Under the pieces are notes generated by a model. The model ran no database searches. It saw only the letters and a list, made by a program, of their open reading frames with translations, and was not told where the DNA came from. The translations under genes were made by a program, and so were the position numbers. 64,000 nucleotides of DNA, taken from contig CM097885.1 of assembly GCA_044892525.1 (NCBI GenBank), positions 12,402,001 through 12,466,000 on the forward strand, written 5' to 3'. Below, piece by piece: positions 12,611 through 23,885 of this stretch. The DNA is from Schmidtea polychroa. Taxonomy: Eukaryota. Within the stretch, counting starts at the first letter, position 1; every line of letters starts with the position of its first letter.

Positions 12611-12943
12611 TTAGGCCGGATTCTTGCGGGGCCTCCCTCGTTTTCGTGGAGGGGTATCTGCCTCCTCCAGCTCTTCGGGGGTTACTCTCTCTGCTTCGGC
12701 TCTGAGCTGGAGTTCGAGTCTCCTCAGCCGCATCTGGGCCACTTCTACCTCGACGGCCGCTCGATCGCGGGCTTCTCGTATCACATTGTTGGTGGGCTCT
12801 GGGCCACTTTGTATGACCGGTCCGTAATTGTCTAAGTCCAGCCCCCGGTTCCAATCATGAATCCGATACCAGATGTACCGGGTCCGGAGCCGTGTTATCA
12901 TCTGCCGGTATTCTGCTTCGTCGGATCCACCTGATTGAGACAT
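12611..12943 (-). CDS. Small coiled-coil protein with a C-terminal AT-hook (110 aa)
   Basis: ATG just after a tttgatag acceptor-like site, GC-rich frame, helical EARDRAAVEVEVAQMRLRRLELQLRAEAE segment, and a canonical AT-hook PRKRGRPRK before the stop. Confidence 0.55.
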   Translation of the reverse strand: MSQSGGSDEAEYRQMITRLRTRYIWYRIHDWNRGLDLDNYGPVIQSGPEPTNNVIREARDRAAVEVEVAQMRLRRLELQLRAEAERVTPEELEEADTPPRKRGRPRKNPA

Positions 12944-13775
12944 TCTATCAAATAAACCCAATTGAAGGCAGTAATGTTCTCAATTCTCTGGTAGATTCAA
13001 AACCTCATCCGCTACAGCCCCTCCTTTCAACTAACTGGCAAGATGGTGAGGGGGTCACTCGTGGATCGTCCTATTGTAATTGCGGGGAAATACGATTTCG
13101 AAATCTTTTCGAAATTAGGCATACCAGGAATTTAATTAGACAACAAATTTCTACCTCTACCTCAGCAAAAAGGAAATTTCGGATATTCATCTGGTAGGTA
13201 ATCTATAAATTTTTGTCCTAAAAATTCTCCATTACTACTAAATCGTTATCACAAATATTCTACCAAAATTATAATTTCAAGAAACGTAATTTTATCTGTT
13301 GATATTCATCACCGAAAATTCAGCCCCTAATTTCTATTTTGTAATATTTTTAATATAAATCATGCTTTATTTCCCATAATTCAAACTTAATTAAAATGAT
13401 TTGTTTATTCGTAAAAATTGTTATCAACATTACGATTTGGGGTCTTAATTTTTATATTAACTTTTATATTATAATTTCGATATATTAGTTAAATACTGAA
13501 TCAATCAGCCCCGTCGGTGCTGGGTGAGCTGTTGGAACCTTAGTTTCCCACCTCATCCTCACTCAGACTGGGTTGTCATATTCAGTGGAATCATTACATT
13601 TTAGGTACATTTTAACTTGTTTGGTCCTTTTTTCCCAGCTGATTTAATGATGCCAATTTATGATATCTTAGATACTTATACCTTGGATGATTGGGTATAT
13701 GATTCTGGTTTTATAAGGTAAGCTAAACTATTTTTATTTCCAAAAAAAAATATCTACGTGACTAATTTATGGATT

Positions 13776-15318
13776 TGTTGGTTACTTAGGGGTGTATCAT
13801 TTTTACATTTTAAAATGCGTTAGGGGTAATCATAATCGTTCGACTCTTTCCTAAGCACCTCCATGACTATTAAAATTTAAACCATTTGTGTACCCATGGT
13901 GACGACCATGTTGGTACTGTACACAAAGGCGAAAAAAACAATGAGCAGGTGAGCTCTATTACTAAAACTACTCCCCATTGTATTTTCTTTTCGGGTTCTA
14001 GACTGCCGATAGAAGGTCTTACGTCATTATTCACTGTGTATGCTAGTTTTGAATCGTTGTTGGTCCTCAATTACGGGTATTTCTAATTGTTCTCTTATAA
14101 AATTTTGTGCAGGGATCCGCCCTTATTTTCCAGCTAATAATTATTGTTCTACACTTCCTACAATATCTAAATTATCCTTTGAAAAATTTGAGCAGGGATT
14201 GGCCCTTATTTTCAAGTTAATCCACGCTTCCCATAATATTTACGTTATACTTCAAAATATTTGAGCAGGGATCTGCCTGTATTCTCAGTCCTAACCTACA
14301 TTTGACCACAGTACTTCCAGCGATAGGACCCGTGAGGAAGCCCCCACATTCCGGCCCAATCCAGCTGCGCGATTGAAAAACCAGCATACCCACCAGTCTG
14401 AGCATCCCGAAGGTACCTCAAACCATGATATGCTGAATCTCAATTCAGCGGTACTAACGTTCGTAATCAGTTAGTATAAAAATTGAACACAATAAAAATT
14501 ATTATTTAATATCTGCAACTAAATGAAATTAAACAATTAAAAGAAAATAACAAAAGAAAATTTAACTAAAAATTTTATTGCATATTAAATTTAATCATCT
14601 CATAAAATTACTACAACAATAAAAAATAAATTACCAAATCCACGTGGGCATAAAATCGAAAACTGAGAGCTTCACTGGCTACAACTAAATTTTGATGTTA
14701 GAGAAAAAGTAGTCTTAAATGAATTTGTGATCAGTATTTATACTGATTTTTCATGCATTTGCTGCCACTCTATCCAATCAGAGTGCGAGAAATTTTTAAT
14801 TAGTCTTGCATACCTGCATGAGTGTGTGCAATTGTTTATTTGTTTTAATTCAATAAATTTAATTAATTTCTTATTTAATTTTTATTAATTTTAATTTTAT
14901 AAATTTTATAATTTAAATAATTTGAGTTATATTAATTTTTATTAATTTAAACATTTTTATTCTTTAAATTTAATAAGTTAAATAACCATTTAATTCTATA
15001 AACTTTACAATTTATATAATGCTAACTAATTTTATTATTTTTGACGATTTAATTTTTATATTGTTTAAATAATTTTCAACTAATTCTATTTTATATTTTA
15101 TTATTTTTCTATTTAAATTTTTAAGTGTTGAATTTTTTGTTAAATTTATTTATCTCTTATTCTATTATACGGGGTTTATTGGTTCTTAATGTGTGATGTA
15201 ATTTATTTCATTTATTTTAAATTAAACCTTGGTCATAAATTTTTCAACTTTGCGGTTTTTGTGTTAGGTATTTTCGATCGATTAAAACAAACTCTCAGTT
15301 CTCGGCTTCAGCCCAACA
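13776..15318 (-). repeat. 3' LTR (1543 bp)
   Basis: Direct repeat of 28014-29556 with TG...CA termini. By eye only one substitution was found (14258 T vs 28496 A). Confidence 0.95.
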
Positions 15319-16346
15319 AATCACTCCGGGACCCGTTAAAATTGCGTCCCGCAATTCTGTTAGACATATGAATTTCCCAGGTCATAGTCTATTACATTCC
15401 CATTAACCTATAAACATACTATAATAGCTTAAGACATGTTAGAATTCAATTAGCAGAAAAGGTCTAAGCTCAAATTCAAGCAGTTGCCACATACAGTGGC
15501 TGGTCATAATACATATACATACTGATACAGTGTCCAAACTCAAGTACGAGTCATATGCAAAAGTTTTATTTCTGGATAAATTCATCAGTTGGTTGTTTCT
15601 CTCGTTTCTGGGCTCGGTTTTCGATCTTTCGTCTGGGTTGTGTAGGCATGTTTGGTCCCTGCTGTTGATTTTCATAGTTAGCTCGTAATATTTACTGAAG
15701 ATCATAGGATTTTCTCTATCAGGGTTTGACTGTTGTTCCCTGATTCTCTTTGAATTTTTAGGCTGGGATTCCGGTTTTCTGGATCATTTGATGGTAGCTG
15801 ACAGACCTTGCTCAAGGGTCTTCGGGACTTTTGTTTAACTGGGTGATTTGACACATAGATTTTTCTTTTGGTTTTTCTCGGTGGTTTTTGTTTACGGTAT
15901 TGCTCTTATTAAGGAATTTTCTTTCTCTAATGGGTAACTCAAATTATCTTTGATTTGCGTCTTAGTTAGCTTGATTTGATTAAGTTTCTAATATCACTGG
16001 GTCTGTGACTTTCGTCTCATTTATCAGGATCTTTTACCGTTCTTTGTTTAGGGGTTCCAAATTAGGTATTATTTTTAGATATTCGTTTAACTCATTCTTT
16101 CTAGGTTTGCATCTTTATCTTTCTTCTGGATTTATATTCTTTCTTCTCATTTGAGCCTCTGTTCTCCTTTACCATTGTAAGGGTTCAAATTTAGTATTTT
16201 TCCAACTGATTACTTGATCCATTTCTATTTATACATCGATCTTTTGCCACATTATACATCAATTTATACCTATACATCTAGTACATTTAATTTGCTATTT
16301 ATACATCAATTTTTACATATGTTCACTTCCTTTTTACTATTTTCAT

Positions 16347-18629
16347 CTACGCTTCCTCTTTAATTTCCGCCACATCCTTTGGACTACCCTTCTTCTTTTC
16401 CTTGGCCGTCACCATTTGTGTCTCTTCTGCCCCATCTTTGCATTTTTTTCGATTACCCGTTATTTCATTGATTCTTAATTCGGCTGACCTTGCTTCTTCT
16501 TTTAGTCGGAGTATCGTTGTCTTAAGTACCTCATTTTCTCTTGTTTTGTTTTCTGCAACTTTTCTCCATATCATTATCAATTCATCCTGTCTCGTTTCTT
16601 TTACAACCAGTTCCATTATTATCCTGCACTGTTCCACACATTGTCTCCTCAATTCCTCGTATGCGTTGGGTTTCACCTGTTCCTTCACGTCATTTGTCCG
16701 TCTCTGTACATTTGTCGACTGTTGTTTTATTAACATTGGAGATTGATGTTTTCGTATCCCTGGCTGACAAATTCTGTTTTCGACATAGTTTTTATTGTTT
16801 TGTTCTGTGGCGTATTCTCGTGACTGATCTCTCACTGGATTGGTCCCATTCGGACAGTTATTGACCAAATGTCCAGTTCTTTTACATTCGTAACACCTTT
16901 TTATGCGGCGACATTTATTTTTTCCGTGCTCATTTTTCTGACAATTCCCATGCGTCTTATCGAAGAACCGATAGCGCTCATTGTGTCCTTGTGGTTGGTA
17001 TTTGTTCCAGTAATTGTTTGTACTCGCGTCCCATTCGATATCTGGTTCGCACTCGCTTTCAGTTTTTAACGTGTTTATGTCATGGTACTTTTCTTGCGTT
17101 TTTTCATTATTTCGTTTTTCGTGATTTTCGCCATTCTCCGATTCGCGCTTTTCCGGGATTACTGCAATTCCAACCTGACTATCGATGCCGGTATAATCTC
17201 TCTGATTGTCCTCAAATGGTTTGATGTTTTGATGGTCTAATATTACCTGTTCCAGTTTTTCAATTATTTCGCTTTCGATCCTTGAGTCCGGAATTTTTTG
17301 TAAATCTATTTCGTTGCTCGTTATCATTCTCATCATATTGATTTGTATTACTCTTTTTTGTTCTCTTTCCCACATTCTTTCTATCTTTTCCTTCTGGTTG
17401 TCGTTGGTGGTTAGTCTCATTATATCCATTTTTAAAAGTTCTTCCTTTCTCGTTCTCCAATATTTTTCTTCTCTTCTTGCCTGAGGTTCTTTTCGTTTAC
17501 TCCATCTTTCTTCCGCTTCTCGTGCTTCCGCGATCTGTAAGGTATTCCATTCTCGTTGTTGTTTTGTTCGGATATTTTGAATTTGTAATGTGCCTCCCAC
17601 ACATTGTAATACATTTATTCTTGATTGTTGTTTTCCTTCCGCTTGAAACTGATAATCGATCATGTTCCTGCACAGTCCTGTGAGAATTGTTATTTGATTT
17701 TGTATTTCAGCTAGTTGCTTTGCTGACGTATCCCTATTGTCACTCCATTGTTGGTTTCTTTTATTCGTACATGCAACTGCTAGATGGTCTCCTTGTCCGC
17801 ACGAGAAACATTTTTTGGATACTCCACATCTTACTGCGGTATGTCCTTTCTTACCGCAATTCCAACATCTTCTTTGCCCATGACATTCATCGAGCCAGTG
17901 TCCTTGTCTCTTGCAGTCATCACAAAATTTTCCAATGTTTCTATTATTCAACCTCTTGCTTTTGTTGTCATTTTCGTTTCTTTGATTATTGTTGTTATGA
18001 CTCCACTGTCTGTGGTGTTGGGGTTGATTATCTGCGATAGGCCTCCTAGTTGGCGGTTGTGTTACTTTGTTGTACATTTCACATACATTCGCTGCCTCTA
18101 CTGCCTTGTCCAGCGTCTTGCAGATTTTGCATCCGACTACACCTTTAATGTCATCTCGTCGCAATCCTTTTACAAATTGGGTTACTAGTTGTGTTTCCAT
18201 ATCCTTTTCACTGAACAGCGGTTTGGCTAGACGTCTTAGTGCGCTTGCGTAAAGTATATATGATTCATTCACTGCTTGTCCTCGATTGAAGAATTCTAGA
18301 AATTTGTATTGCGCATCTTTTGCTTCTCCAAATGTTTTTATCAGAGCTTCCTTAATTTCTTTCCAGGTTTTTAGTGGGGTTGTACACTCTTTTATTCCGA
18401 CGTACCAACTAAACGCGTCGTCTGCTAGATATAGTGGGAGTCTTCTCACTATCATTTCGGGTGTCCATTTTAGAGCATCGCAATAAGATTCAAAATGTTG
18501 GATGAAGTTTGATAGTTTGTTCGGTTTTCCATCGAATTTTTCGCCATTGTATTTTCCTTGAAAATTGAATATCTCCATTTCACTGAGTCTCTTGTTGATC
18601 GCTTCCATTTGGGCTGCTGTATCTACCAT
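16347..18629 (-). CDS. gag: Retrotransposon Gag with multiple CCHC zinc knuckles and a long C-terminal extension (760 aa from the first ATG; frame open to ~18980)
   Basis: Capsid-like FDGKPNKLSNFIQHFESYCDALKW and QFVKGL motifs. Three Cx2Cx4Hx4C knuckles at 17769-17924 and a fourth at 16854-16895. Confidence 0.88.
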   Translation of the reverse strand: MVDTAAQMEAINKRLSEMEIFNFQGKYNGEKFDGKPNKLSNFIQHFESYCDALKWTPEMIVRRLPLYLADDAFSWYVGIKECTTPLKTWKEIKEALIKTFGEAKDAQYKFLEFFNRGQAVNESYILYASALRRLAKPLFSEKDMETQLVTQFVKGLRRDDIKGVVGCKICKTLDKAVEAANVCEMYNKVTQPPTRRPIADNQPQHHRQWSHNNNNQRNENDNKSKRLNNRNIGKFCDDCKRQGHWLDECHGQRRCWNCGKKGHTAVRCGVSKKCFSCGQGDHLAVACTNKRNQQWSDNRDTSAKQLAEIQNQITILTGLCRNMIDYQFQAEGKQQSRINVLQCVGGTLQIQNIRTKQQREWNTLQIAEAREAEERWSKRKEPQARREEKYWRTRKEELLKMDIMRLTTNDNQKEKIERMWEREQKRVIQINMMRMITSNEIDLQKIPDSRIESEIIEKLEQVILDHQNIKPFEDNQRDYTGIDSQVGIAVIPEKRESENGENHEKRNNEKTQEKYHDINTLKTESECEPDIEWDASTNNYWNKYQPQGHNERYRFFDKTHGNCQKNEHGKNKCRRIKRCYECKRTGHLVNNCPNGTNPVRDQSREYATEQNNKNYVENRICQPGIRKHQSPMLIKQQSTNVQRRTNDVKEQVKPNAYEELRRQCVEQCRIIMELVVKETRQDELIMIWRKVAENKTRENEVLKTTILRLKEEARSAELRINEITGNRKKCKDGAEETQMVTAKEKKKGSPKDVAEIKEEA

Positions 18630-19499
18630 CTCTAATTGTATTCTTTTTCCGTTTGTCTTTTCTTTTATTAGGTTTATGTCACTTTTATTATTTCTGTTTT
18701 CAGATAGAGTTTTTCCTTCCTGAGGTTCTGATACGCGTATTACGCTTCTTGGCCTATTGTTTTCGAAATCCTTTTCACTGCTTCCTTTTATGGATCGACT
18801 TTTGGTCTTTGAGATGTCTTTTTGATTTTGCTTTTTGATTTCTTGTGCTTGCGTGGGTTTAATAGTTCGTCTTCCTTTCTTTGCAACTTTTAATTCTTCT
18901 TCTTTCAATAAACTTGGTTCTATTATTAGCTGTTTTGATCTGGTATGCTTTGTTATTGGTTCAATATTTCTGAACTTGGCTTAATTATTTGACAATAACT
19001 TCTATTTGATTGCTGATACTTGGCTATTGACTTGATTGATTGATTTACCTGAATAGAAAAATATCACTTCTCCCTATCGTTTATTATATTTATAAATTAT
19101 AATATATATATTATATAGTGTAATTGCAATATTTTTACTTTGGTTTCTTTGGGTACCGGCATATCTTAATATTCATTTCGTCGTTATTTTTGTTTACACA
19201 TTGGTCCTCAAATTATTCTTAACTCGATTCTCCATTATCCATTCTATATCCTCATCTATTCTCCTACATGGTTGTCTATTTTCAATTCGTTTTTCGTCTT
19301 TTTCCTTCACAATCTTATTTATTTTCAGTTATATATCCGTCAATGACTTCGGCCGTATTCTCGTTTATATTCTCGTTTATGTTTCTTCCAGGTACTCATC
19401 TATATTCTCGTTTATCTTTCCTTTTACATTCTCGTCTATATTTACGTCGGTTATTTCCGTTCCTATTCGTAGCCATTATTCTCATTTATATTCGTATCT

Positions 19500-20066
19500 C
19501 TTATTCGCATCTATTATTTGCATCTATTATTCGCATCTATTATTCGCATCTATTATTCGCATCTATTATTCGCATCTATTATTCGCATCTATTATTCGCA
19601 TCTATTATTCGCATCTATTATTCGCATCTATTATTCGCATCTATTATTCGCATCTATTATTCGCATCTATTATTCGCATCTATTATTCGCATCTATTATT
19701 CGCATCTATTATTCGCATCTATTATTCGCATCTATTATTCGCATCTATTATTCGCATCGATTATTCGCATCTATTATTCGCATCTATTATTCGCATCTAT
19801 TATTCGCATCTATTATTCGCATCTATTATTCGCATCTATTATTCGCATCTATTATTCGCATCTATTATTCGCATCTATTATTCGCATCTATTATTCGCAT
19901 CTATTATTCGCATCTATTATTCGCATCTATTATTCGCATCTATTATTCGCATCTATTATTCGCATCTATTATTCGCATCTATTATTCGCATCTATTATTC
20001 GCATCTATTATTCGCATCTATTATTCGCATCTATTATTCGCATCTATTATTCGCATCTATTATTCG
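19500..20066. repeat. 13-bp tandem array (TATTATTCGCATC) x ~43
   Basis: Near-perfect array seen directly; only two variant units noticed (near 19519 and 19759). Confidence 0.97.
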
Positions 20067-22399
20067 TTTGCCTTTGACTCTCTTTGTCCCAATATTATTC
20101 TGCCTACCGGTTATCTTATTAATTTAGTCTTTAAGCTCTAATTGTTTCTCTTTACTTCGCTTTGTCTTTTTCCATTTACTTGGTTTTCTTTTTATTTCTC
20201 CTGCATGCTTCTTTTTACTACTCTTCCAGATTTTCCCCACTCTCCTGACTCCGGATGCGAAACACTCGCACTGGTCGATCTCCGATCGTGTGGTGATCAG
20301 TCACACGCAGAGATGTTCCAGTATATGCGATGGGCCCTGTTCCACATCTTTCGTCAGGACAGTTGGTACTTTCCTGGGCCTTATCCGTACTACGCTGAGC
20401 GTAGCTCATAGGTTGTGGATTTCCTAAATCCTAACAGAAAAATTTTTTCCTTATTCATTTGCTCTCAATTTTCGTAGGACTTTATTCTCATTTTTACGTC
20501 GTGCTCTTAATCTACTTATCTCAATTACTCTTGGTCCTTCTTCATTATTCTAAATATGTCCACGTCTCTTGTCTAGTTAACGTCTTATTGCTATCGCTTT
20601 TACTCTTACCGCTTTAGTTGACTTGTTTCTCGTTAATATGCTCACTATTTCCTCAGGCAGATCCCTCTCGCATCACTCGTTAATATTTGTTTATCCATTT
20701 TATTCGTTACCCTTCTATTCGTCAATGGTTTATTTATTAACCATCCCTGCTCAATTTTGTAATTTATCACGCTTCCGTATTAGTATATTTTCCTTATCTT
20801 TGATTTTTTATGTTACCTCACTGATTTCCCCGTCATAATGTTTCTCATTTCGTATATTTTACGTTTTCAAAATTTGTTTGTTGTTTTTCTGTTTATGGGC
20901 CTCTTTGTTCCACTCCCTATATTTTATGTTTTTAACTTATTTCCGCGTCTATTTGTTATTTTACTTTTGGCGCGTAACTTTGATTGGTCATTTATTTTCA
21001 TTATCTCATTTAATTGTTTATCTATGTCTACATATACACTCATATACTTATACATATACCCTTATCCATAACCGTATATTCATATACCTATATCCACCTA
21101 TATCTGGATATCTACATCTGTACGCATTTCTCCCTAGCTGTTCCTGGAGTGGTTGATATTATTGCTTCCATCATTTCTGAATTTATTCAAATTTATCATT
21201 GAAATTCCCACAATTGTAACTTTATAGTTCGTAATAAAAGTAGACAGTCCGTTCGTTTTTCATTATTGTAACTTTTTGCTCCATAGTAAAAGTTGGCAGT
21301 ATGTTCGTTTTCCCTAATTAAAACTTTTGTTCGATATTTCTAATTGATCTCATTTTTGTTAGCATCTATTGTTATTTTAATTGACCGTGTCGTGATGTTA
21401 AGCTTTCAATTTTTTGTTCTGTTTCTCTGTATCATGTTTCATTTTATATTTGTCGTTTCTCGCTGTTTTGCCTTTTCGTTCAAATGTCTTTGGCCTTGCT
21501 TTCCTTCTGTGAATTTGTTATTTGTTGTTTCATGTTTGTTCATTTCGCTCTGTGTTTTCCTTGTCATTTTTATTGTGTTTATTTGTTCATATTCTATATT
21601 GTTATATGTGTGCTCTTCATTTTCTGTCAATCATGTTTTTGTATACTTTTTTCCGATTGTTCCTATTATTGCTCATGTCCATTTTGACTTTCATCTTGAT
21701 CTCCCGTTTGTTGTTATCTTAGTTTGATCTCATTTTTCCTCCGCGTCTTCGCCAAATGTCGTCCCCGACATTCATTATTTAATTTATTTATTATCTTGTG
21801 TTCTCTCGGTTCTCAGTATTTTGTTCTCGTGTCCTCTCTACAATATTTGCCAAACGTCCATTTTTTCTGATTGATTTTCCTTACTCTTAAATAGGCGTAG
21901 ATTTTAATATTTTTGATTTTTCGCATTATTTTATCTTTGTTTATGGTGATCGGTCCTCTATTTTTATTATATATCATTTTGGTTGGGGTGTATACACCGA
22001 TATATGCAATTATTTATATACAATTAGTCCTCTTTATGGCACTCAGTTCTGCCATTACTGTCTCTTTTCAATGCTATGACCATGCTAATAGTTCGTTGGT
22101 TTTCTCCTTTACCAACAGAAACCACCGGTACAAGTGTTCTTCTACTCATTCCACCTCCATCTCGGTATATTGAATGCTTCATTTTATGACTATTTTCCAT
22201 GAATATAATGCTGTAATTGTTACAGCTATTTGTATTTCATCTTTTCCTTTTCCCGTTTCCTTTTAACGTCTGATATTATCCGTTGCATTTTTATCATATC
22301 TTTCTCTCCTTGATTTCCCCAGCTATTCTTATTAGTTCATTTCTTGCATTTAACTTTATCATTAGAGTTGCTCTATTTCTCTTCACTTTAGTTCAATTT

Positions 22400-22673
22400 T
22401 TCCTCTCTGGCCTTGATTATTCTCTCACGAACAAATTCATTGTTCAAATTTTCGATTAGATTGTTCCTCCATGAGATTCCTTACTTCTGTATAGCTAATG
22501 CTATTTACGATAATATGACGCTTTTCTGCTTCCATATTTCTCCTGTGGTGGTATTGGGATTGATTTCCATTGTGATCCGTTTCATTCTATTAATTCACCT
22601 ATATTGATTCATAATCTTTTATCTGAATTTTATTTCATTTTACTTCCCGAAGTTATATACTAATTATACCGCG

Positions 22674-22749
<76 letters not shown>

Positions 22750-22980
22750 ATCATATACCTTTATATATTCATTGTTCACACTATATATAGTCATCACCCT
22801 TTCTATGTATGTGGGTTCGTAATTCGTGATACTTGCTAGATCTCTCCCCACTGTAATTGGTTTAGTGTTCTGTACTCTTTCATTTACTGTATATTTCACC
22901 CGTCTGGTTCTAATTGTTTCCAATTCTCTATCGTTGACGTTGGATAATTTTTCATACTTCTTTCCGGTTATTAATATGAG
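22400..22980 (-). pseudogene. Heavily decayed retroviral-type integrase relic
   Basis: Fragments in the expected order across frameshifts: VKYTVNERVQNTKP...PTYIERV (decayed CxxCQxxK..PFxRV), YNFGK*NEI..SDK (FGxPxxIxSD), SQYHHRRNMEAEKRH (YHPQxNGxxER). Interrupted by (AT)n. Confidence 0.4.
22677..22742. repeat. (AT)n microsatellite
   Basis: About 33 perfect AT units. Confidence 0.97.
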
Positions 22981-23648
22981 CATCGTACGTATAACTGTCT
23001 TGTATATTCATATTACTTTGGCTAACCTTAGGCTTCCTGGTTTCTTTCGCTGGATCATTTTCGTTGATACCTATCATGTTATTCTCGTATCTTGTATATT
23101 TACTTTCATTGATTTCTCTCTATACTTTGTCAATCTCCCGAGTCGTTTTACATAAGTTTTAGAATTCATTTTCTACGTACCCTGGGTGTCTGTGATGTTC
23201 GCCTATTTTGCAAAGTTTTTCACTGCCTTTTAACTTAGTTCTCGTGCCTTTGTCACGAAGATTTTATTTCGATTTGTTTTTGCTCTATTTTTGTACCGTG
23301 ATTTTATTTTTTCGCAGTTATTCTCGATTGTCTTTGGTTCAGATTTATTTTTCGAGTTACCAGCAAGCTTAGTTCTTGCTTTTGTTCTTTTACTTAACGC
23401 TTTTGTTCATTTTGTTCATTTCTATTCGTGATGTTTCGATGTCTTTTCTTGTCTTTACTTTCTTTTACTTTCAGTAGAATCTGTTGACTCGCTCGGTTTC
23501 GTCTGGTAAACTCATCTCTTTATCTATAATGTTGTTCGTCTCAGATTCACATTTGCAGAAGCTAAGACATGGTTATCATTTGCTTTATTTATCGTTTGGT
23601 ACTTTGTTATCTGTCGAGTTTTATCGTATTTTTCATTTGGATGTTTAT

Positions 23649-23885
23649 TCAATCGTTTTTATGGTTTGGTCTTTCCATTTTACCGATGCATTTAACATCC
23701 TTGGGTACTCTACCCTTGGGTTGGTATGCGTAGAAGGTATTATCTGTAGAGTATAATTGGTTTAAATAGTCCTTATCATACACTGTATGTATCGACAACT
23801 CAATACCAGAATCATATATAGCTTGCTTTTTCCTAAACCCCCTAATCCATACATTCTTATATATCATTTGCATATAATCATTCAT
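23649..23885 (-). pseudogene. Retropepsin (aspartic protease)-like relic
   Basis: YKNVWIRG...AIYDSGIELSI resembles the retrotransposon protease strand plus DSG catalytic motif. Confidence 0.45.

Noticed and set aside
13870..14405. Short ORFs duplicated at 28108-28643
   Set aside because: Identical only because they lie in the LTRs; no coding signature, and conservation fits RNA structure better.
16402..18838. Multiple plus-strand ORFs opposite gag
   Set aside because: Antisense shadows of the A-rich gag frame.
19500..20066. CRISPR-like array
   Set aside because: No spacers and no cas genes; eukaryotic context.
19201..20141. Three long plus-strand ORFs (308, 269 and 207 aa) with SHLLFASIIRIYY repeats
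   Set aside because: Artefact of a stop-free 13-bp tandem repeat read in all three frames, antisense to the element.
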